DNA of 64,000 nt from Gemmatimonadota bacterium (GTDB taxonomy: Bacteria; Gemmatimonadota; Gemmatimonadetes; Palauibacterales; KS3-K002): the NCBI GenBank assembly GCA_039586795.1, contig JBDHJS010000025.1:29703-93702 (forward strand), in the 5' to 3' direction. Numbering within the stretch: position 1 is the first letter of the stretch; every line of letters starts with the position of its first letter. This document shows, piece after piece, positions 58,028 to 64,000 of the stretch. A model generated the notes under the pieces. That model saw only the letters and a list, made by a program, of their open reading frames with translations, searched no databases and was not told the origin of the DNA. The translations under genes and the position numbers were made by a program.

Positions 58028-61000
58028 GGCTTGTCGGAATCGAATTCCACGGCTTCAAGTCGTTTGCCGATTCTCAGAGCATCCGCTTCCATGACGGGAT
58101 CACGGCTATCGTCGGACCGAATGGGTGTGGGAAGTCGAACGTCGCCGACGGCCTTCGCTGGGTCCTCGGCGAACAGCGTCCGACGGCGATCCGCGGGTCA
58201 CGCATGGAAGAGGCCATCTTCCAGGGCACCCAGAAGCGGAAACCGATCCACCGGGCGGAAGTCGGGCTCAAGCTATCCAACGAAGACCACGCGCTCCCGG
58301 TCCCGTATACCGATGTTGCGATCAGTCGAATGGTTCATACGGGCGGTGAGGGCGAGTACCGGCTGAACGGCACGTCGTGCCGGCTACGTGATGTCCAGGA
58401 TCTCTGCCGGGATACTGGCCTGGGCACGAACGCTTACGCGATCATCGAAGGCCGGATGGTCGACGCCATCCTGAGCGACAAGGCAGAGGAGCGCCGGGCG
58501 ATGTTCGAAGAGGCGGCAGGTATCGGCCGCTACAAGGAACGTCGCAAGGTCGCAGGTCGCCGTCTCGACGAGGCCGACGCCGATCTGGCTCGCGTCGATG
58601 ACCTGGTCTCCGAAGTACAGACCAAGGTTCGCAGCCTGGCGCGTCAGCGAGGGAAGGCGGTTCGCTTCCTCGAGATGCGGGAGCAGAAACTCGCCCTCGA
58701 GCTTGCGTTGGCTCAGATCGAGCTCGATCAGCTGGGTCGTCGGCAGCACGAGATCGAAGCGGAGCTCGGTACACTGGCCGAAGCGAAGGTGCAGGACGTT
58801 GCGCAGCTGCGCACAGCCGAGGCCGAGCACGAGGCGCTGCGCACGCGCCTGGCCGACCTGGATCGCAGTCGCGGCGACGGTGGCCGGAAGCTCATGGCGG
58901 TGCGCGACCGATTGGCGGAGCGCGAGCGCGAGCGACTGCTGGCGGATGAGCGGATTCGGCACGCCACGGGCCGGCTGGATCAGCTGGCGAGCGAGCGGAA
59001 CGAGTTGAGCGCACAGCGCGAGGTGCTGGAGGCGGAAGTCGAGCGTTTGCAGCAGCTGGCCACAGAGCGACGGAGTTCGCTCGACACGCTTCGTGAGTCG
59101 CTGAAGCTCCGCGAGGTGGAGTTAGCCGAGGTATCGGAGCGGAAGCAGGCCATGGAGGCGGCTGAAGCTGCCGTTGAGTCGCAACGTGAGGCTTACCGAG
59201 AGCAGCGAGCCGCCTTGCTGGCGCGGCGTGACGTGGCGCGCGCCGAGGCGGAAGAGCTACAGCGAAAGCTGGAGGAGGCCGAGAAGCGCGCTGAGACCCT
59301 CGCCCGATCGATCCAGGAGATCGAGACCGAGGAAGCTGAGTTACGTGACAAGGCGGACTCGGCCGAGGGCCGGCTGACGAAGGTCGCGGACGAACTGATG
59401 GCCAAGCGGGATCGTCAGGCCGAGCTCCAGAAGGAGTACGAAGAGCTGCGCGGCCGCTTTGCAGCGGCCAGCGAGCGATTGGATGCCATGACGGCCCGCA
59501 TCGAGGTGCTCACGCCGCTGGTCACCGGAGAAGAAGGTGCGAACCCGGCGCTACAGGCAGCGCTCGAACGTGCCGGTGAACTGGGGATCCGAGGCACCCT
59601 GGGCCAGAGCATAGAAGTCTCGGAGGCGCTGGCTGACGGGGTCGAGGCGTATCTCGGCTCGTTCATGGATGGCCTGATCGTCGATGATCGACAGGCCGCG
59701 CGTCGTATCCGTGACTGGTTCCTCACGAACTACGATGGGCCCGGCGGTCTTGTAGTGTTGCCGTTGGAAGGTCTTCGCTTTGCCTCGGATCGGTTGCCGG
59801 ATGGTGTGAAGGCAACGGGCCCTGGCGCTCTCTGGGTCGCCCGCCTGCTGCGCGGCGTGCGGTTGACGGAGAGCACGCCGCCAGGTGGCGGCGCCTGGAT
59901 CGGAACGCGGGAGAGCGTCGACGACCGCGGTGTCGTTCGTCTGGGTCGGCCGCAAACGGGCGCCGGAACGCTGGCCCGTAAGGCCGAGCTGGAGCGTTTG
60001 CAGGCGCAGTGTGAAGAGCAGGAGGAGGTGTCGCGACGCGTGTCGGCGCAGGTGCGAACCTGTGAGGCGCGACTGGCCAACCAGGCGACTGAGATCGCGG
60101 GACTGGAGTCTGATCGTCGGTCGGCTGAGGAGTTGGCGGGCCGACTGCAGGCGCGAGCCAAAGCCGCGGGTGAGAGCCACGCTAGGGCGCGTGAGGGACT
60201 GGAATCGGAGATGGGAAGCGTGCGGCGACTCCAGGCTGAGCGTGAGGCGACGCTGGAGCGCGGTGCGGCCGACGAAGAAGCGCTGCGTCAGCTCAAGCCT
60301 GAGGGCACCCAGGTCGCTCCTGTGCCGGAGGAGCTGGCGGCGGTCAGGTTTGAGTGGGAAGCGCTGCGGGAGCGGGCGACGGAGGTACAGCTGAACGAGG
60401 CCCGGGCGGCGGCAGCGCTGGACAGAGTCGAGCGGGAGCTCAGGTCGCAGAAGAGCGCGCTGAGCAGTGCAGCAGAGCGCTCGCAGCGGCTCGATGAGGA
60501 GGCGGAGAGTCTGCGCGTCGGACTGAAGACGGACTCGGAGGTGTCGGAGGGAGCGGCCGAGGAATTGGCATCGCTATTCGAGGAGCGCACTGAGTTGGAG
60601 CGTGAGTCCAGCGAATTGGACCGCCAGGCCGACGAGCTTCGTCAACAGGTCACGGACCTGGAGTCGCGCCTTCGAAAGAAGCAGCAGGAGGAGCGAAGCC
60701 ACGCGGAACGTCGGCACGAGTTGGAGCTGGAGAAGACACAAATCGATGCGGATCTTGGCCGCACCCAGGAGCGTCTGGAAGATGAGTGGGGCCGCCCGTT
60801 CGACGAGTTGTCCAGCGAAGTAGAGCCGGCGGAAGGCGAGCGGGAAGAATTACGCGCGCAGTTGACCGAGACGGCCGAGTGGTTGGGTCGAGCCGGGCTG
60901 GTCAACATGCTGGCGGAGGAAGAGTACAGGGAAGAGAAGGAGCGTCTGGAGTTTCTGGAAGCTCAGCGCGCCGACCTGGCGAAAGCGCGGGACGATTTGC

Positions 61001-61509
61001 GGTCCACGATCAAGGATATCAACGAGACGGCGTCGACGGCGTTTTTGGGAACGCTCGAGCAGATCCGCGTCAACTTCAAGCGAACGTTCGCGACGCTGTT
61101 TGCCGGTGGCGAGTGCGATGTCTGGCTGGAGGACCCGAACGATCCTCTCGACTCACCGGTCGAGATCTCAGCCAGTCCGGGCGGTAAGCGGACGCAACGG
61201 ATTCACCTGCTCTCGGGTGGCGAACGGGCGCTAACGGCGCTTTCGCTGCTCTTCGCGATCTACCTGGTGAAGCCGAGCCCGTTCTGCGTACTGGACGAGG
61301 TCGACGCGCCGCTCGATGAAACGAACATCCGGCGTTTCGTTTCGATGCTCGAAGAATTCAAGTCGAGCGTGCAGTTCATCGTCATCACGCACAACCCGGT
61401 GACGATCGAAGCGGCCGACTGGATTTACGGCGTCACGATGGAGGAGCCCGGCGTCTCGAAGATCGTGGGCGTGGAGTTCAGCGAGTACGCCCGCGGCGCC
61501 GTGGCCTGA
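58024..61509 (+). CDS. smc: Chromosome segregation protein SMC
   Basis: GFKSF, GPNGCGKSN, FEEAAGI, long coiled coils, LSGGE, CVLDEVDAPLD, ITH. Confidence 0.97.
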   Translation: MRLVGIEFHGFKSFADSQSIRFHDGITAIVGPNGCGKSNVADGLRWVLGEQRPTAIRGSRMEEAIFQGTQKRKPIHRAEVGLKLSNEDHALPVPYTDVAISRMVHTGGEGEYRLNGTSCRLRDVQDLCRDTGLGTNAYAIIEGRMVDAILSDKAEERRAMFEEAAGIGRYKERRKVAGRRLDEADADLARVDDLVSEVQTKVRSLARQRGKAVRFLEMREQKLALELALAQIELDQLGRRQHEIEAELGTLAEAKVQDVAQLRTAEAEHEALRTRLADLDRSRGDGGRKLMAVRDRLAERERERLLADERIRHATGRLDQLASERNELSAQREVLEAEVERLQQLATERRSSLDTLRESLKLREVELAEVSERKQAMEAAEAAVESQREAYREQRAALLARRDVARAEAEELQRKLEEAEKRAETLARSIQEIETEEAELRDKADSAEGRLTKVADELMAKRDRQAELQKEYEELRGRFAAASERLDAMTARIEVLTPLVTGEEGANPALQAALERAGELGIRGTLGQSIEVSEALADGVEAYLGSFMDGLIVDDRQAARRIRDWFLTNYDGPGGLVVLPLEGLRFASDRLPDGVKATGPGALWVARLLRGVRLTESTPPGGGAWIGTRESVDDRGVVRLGRPQTGAGTLARKAELERLQAQCEEQEEVSRRVSAQVRTCEARLANQATEIAGLESDRRSAEELAGRLQARAKAAGESHARAREGLESEMGSVRRLQAEREATLERGAADEEALRQLKPEGTQVAPVPEELAAVRFEWEALRERATEVQLNEARAAAALDRVERELRSQKSALSSAAERSQRLDEEAESLRVGLKTDSEVSEGAAEELASLFEERTELERESSELDRQADELRQQVTDLESRLRKKQQEERSHAERRHELELEKTQIDADLGRTQERLEDEWGRPFDELSSEVEPAEGEREELRAQLTETAEWLGRAGLVNMLAEEEYREEKERLEFLEAQRADLAKARDDLRSTIKDINETASTAFLGTLEQIRVNFKRTFATLFAGGECDVWLEDPNDPLDSPVEISASPGGKRTQRIHLLSGGERALTALSLLFAIYLVKPSPFCVLDEVDAPLDETNIRRFVSMLEEFKSSVQFIVITHNPVTIEAADWIYGVTMEEPGVSKIVGVEFSEYARGAVA

Positions 61510-61515
61510 TCCGCC

Positions 61516-62274
61516 GTGCGGCTCGTGACGGTGGGGACGGGCACGGTCGTCCCTGAGGCCGCTCGGGCTTCTGCCTGCCACTGGGTCGAACACGGGTCGA
61601 CCAGCGCGCTCCTCGATTGCGGGGCCGGCGCGCTGCAGGGTCTTGCTCGCTGCCGTCTCGATTGGGGTCGACTCGGCCACCTCATTATCAGCCACTTCCA
61701 CGCAGATCATATCGGAGAGATCCCATCGCTCGTGTTCGCGCTGCGCCATGGACTGGCAAAGCCGCGAGAAGTGCCGCTCTTCGTTTGGGGGCCGCAGGGA
61801 ACAAAGGCGCTGTTCGACGCATGGGCGGCGGCGATGGGCGAGTGGCTCACCGAGCCCGGGTTCGATCTCGTAATCCGGGAGCTGCAACCCGGGGAAGCGG
61901 TCACGATCGGCGAGTATTCCGTCGATAGCGCTTCCACGCCGCACACGGATGAGAGCATCGCGCTGCGAATCAGCGGCGGCGGCTCGTCGCTGGGGTACAC
62001 TGGAGATACCGGCCCCAGCGACCGACTGGGCGAGTTCTTCCGCGGCGTCGATCTCCTGCTGGCAGAGTGTTCTCTGCCCGATGAGCTGGCGCTCGATCTT
62101 CATCTGACACCGACCAGCCTCGCCCGGATGGCTTCGGTGGCCGGCGTTTCCAGGTTGGCTGTCACCCACATGTACCCACAGCTCCAGGTCCAGGATGTGC
62201 CTGCCCTGGTCCGCGCCGCGGGGTATACCGGCGAGCTCATCATCGCCGAAGACGGTACGGTCGTCCCCGTCTAG
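61516..62274 (+). CDS. MBL-fold hydrolase (RNase Z/BN-like)
   Basis: LDCG, SHFHADH, YTGDT, LHL, THMYP. Confidence 0.88.
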   Translation: MRLVTVGTGTVVPEAARASACHWVEHGSTSALLDCGAGALQGLARCRLDWGRLGHLIISHFHADHIGEIPSLVFALRHGLAKPREVPLFVWGPQGTKALFDAWAAAMGEWLTEPGFDLVIRELQPGEAVTIGEYSVDSASTPHTDESIALRISGGGSSLGYTGDTGPSDRLGEFFRGVDLLLAECSLPDELALDLHLTPTSLARMASVAGVSRLAVTHMYPQLQVQDVPALVRAAGYTGELIIAEDGTVVPV

Positions 62275-62343
62275 TTCGCGCTTTCCGCTATCTTCGAGTC
62301 ACGATATGACGGTCTGATGATGAGTCGTCCGTAGCATGCCGCC

Positions 62344-62709
62344 ATGGGTGCCCCGCATGAACTGGGTGCGCTGGGCGAGCGTTTGGCGGCACGTCACCTG
62401 GAGCGTCACGGCTATACGGTGATCGATCGCAACTTCCGGTTCGGTCATCGAGAAATCGACCTCATCGTCCGTCGCGGCGATACCGTCGCTTTTGTCGAGG
62501 TGAAGAGCCGGAAGGGGATGGGCTATGGTCATCCGCTGGAGGCGATCACGTCGCTCAAACGCCGGGAGATAGAGAGAGTCGCCCGTTACTGGCTCCAGGC
62601 GCGCCGCCAGGCCGGGTTCACCTACCGGTTCGACGCCGTCGCCGTGATCTTCGGCGGCGGCCGGCCGCGAATCGATCACGTGTCCAACGCGTGGCTCCTG
62701 GGGGAGTAG
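62344..62709 (+). CDS. yraN: YraN family endonuclease-like protein
   Basis: GALGERLA, RNFR, EIDLI, FVEVK, RFD. Confidence 0.92.
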   Translation: MGAPHELGALGERLAARHLERHGYTVIDRNFRFGHREIDLIVRRGDTVAFVEVKSRKGMGYGHPLEAITSLKRREIERVARYWLQARRQAGFTYRFDAVAVIFGGGRPRIDHVSNAWLLGE

Positions 62710-62792
62710 GGCTGTGGACGACCGAATGCCGGCTGAGTAGAATTCCGGAGGGATGCTCCTTCCTCCGCTCAATTCTGCTCTCAGAGGTCGCC

Positions 62793-63989
62793 ATGCAAAC
62801 CGCAATTCGTAACACGTCGCTATTGGCTCTGTTGATCGCGCTCGTCCATCTCGGCGCGGAGTCACTAGACGCGCAAGATGGGAGCTCCGTCCTGTCGCTG
62901 TTGGAGGCGAAAGGCTCGCTCAGCATCGGCGGCCAGGTCGAAGGTACCCTGTCCAGCTCTGACTATCGCTCGCCGACGGATCAGTATATGGAGGGCTGGA
63001 CGATCGAGGGTGAACCGGGCCAGTCGGTCACCATCGATCTGGTCTCGGATGACTTCGATGCTTTCCTGTACGTCGTCGGGCCGGGCCTGGGTGAGACGCT
63101 GTGGGACGACGACGGAGGCGGGGCCTGCCACGCGCGGGTCAGCTTTACGTTCCTGGAGAGCGGCGAGTTCCGAGTAGTGGCTTCCTCGAACGGTTCCCGA
63201 GCGACCGGCGTCTATGTATTGAGCGTATCGAGCGAGCCGGGTCCGATTGCCGGGTATGAGTGCGGCGGAATCAACCCTGAGCATCTGGCCGCTTTGCCGG
63301 TCGGTGACCGAGAGCTTCGACTTGGCGATGTCGCGAACGGCCTTCTGACGCCCGGGGGCGAACGCGTAATGGACAGCCGTTATGCGGAAGCGTGGGCGCT
63401 GGAAGGCAGGGCAGGGGAGTCGGTGACGATCACGCTGGAGTCTACGGCGTTCGACGCCTACCTGTTCGTCATCGGTCCGGGCCTCGGTGAAGTCTTGAGC
63501 GACGACGACAGCGCCGGTGAGCTGAACTCGATGATAACGGTCAAGTTCGCGGAAGATGGCATGTACACGGTCGTGGCAACGAGCGTGGTGGACATGGCGA
63601 CCGGGACCTACACGATCCGAGTGACGCAGCCTCTCGATCTTAACGAGCTGCCGACCGGGGAGCGCGTGGCCGAAATTGGCGGAACGATGGACGGTTACCT
63701 GACGGCGACCGATCCCGTGATCGGCGAGGGTCGGCACGGCCAGGCGTGGTCGCTGAGCGGTTCGGCTGGTCAGACGATCATCGTCGACCTCATATCTACG
63801 GAATTCGATGCCTATCTGATGCTCGTCGGGCCGGGTATCGATGAGCCGATCGTAGACGATGATGGCGGCGACGACCTGAATTCACGGCTCAGCGTAGCGC
63901 TCCCGGAGGATGGAGAGTATCGGGTCATCGTCACGTCGGCGTCTGGGGGAGAGACCGGCAGGTTCACGTTGCGGGTTGGGATTCGGTGA
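62793..63989 (+). CDS. Secreted protein with three pre-peptidase C-terminal (PPC)-like repeats
   Basis: Signal peptide; three repeats G(Q/E)(S/T)xxxxLxSxxFDA(F/Y)LxxxGPG...DDD...G. Confidence 0.85.
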   Translation: MQTAIRNTSLLALLIALVHLGAESLDAQDGSSVLSLLEAKGSLSIGGQVEGTLSSSDYRSPTDQYMEGWTIEGEPGQSVTIDLVSDDFDAFLYVVGPGLGETLWDDDGGGACHARVSFTFLESGEFRVVASSNGSRATGVYVLSVSSEPGPIAGYECGGINPEHLAALPVGDRELRLGDVANGLLTPGGERVMDSRYAEAWALEGRAGESVTITLESTAFDAYLFVIGPGLGEVLSDDDSAGELNSMITVKFAEDGMYTVVATSVVDMATGTYTIRVTQPLDLNELPTGERVAEIGGTMDGYLTATDPVIGEGRHGQAWSLSGSAGQTIIVDLISTEFDAYLMLVGPGIDEPIVDDDGGDDLNSRLSVALPEDGEYRVIVTSASGGETGRFTLRVGIR

Positions 63990-64000
63990 TTACGAGATTC

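Overview
GC-rich, gene-dense bacterial chromosome segment. Gene content and order suggest Gemmatimonadota, but this is inference only. It is mostly housekeeping: maf, mtnA, glpK, ltaE, recA-recX, glpD/GDPD, M16 peptidase, alaS, gmhA, cca, rarA, hflX, pdxJ, ispE, tRNA-Gln(UUG), prs-rplY-pth, Na+-type hppA, ychF, rpsF-rpsR-DUF2232-rplI, DAK2-DegV fusion, rsfS, an Omp85-type protein, two SPOR proteins, smc and yraN. A lower-GC lipoprotein pair sits at the left edge. The most unusual signal is a family of 7-nt-periodic inverted-repeat elements. One brackets a four-helix-bundle (IVS protein/Avd-like) gene with a perfect 17-bp inverted repeat. Gene-less versions lie at recA/recX, pth/hppA, hppA/ychF and, decayed, upstream of recA. 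Several of these elements are surrounded by a mirror-image G/T versus C/A skew that reaches into synonymous sites of neighbouring genes. Other notable items: a CcmF paralogue lacking the WWD motif and periplasmic histidines but keeping both b-heme ligands, a triple His-less HPt-like protein, a secreted JAMM-like protein, two apparent CTG start codons, and two broken genes (CsaA-like, DegT). All calls come from reading sequence motifs; no database search was run.
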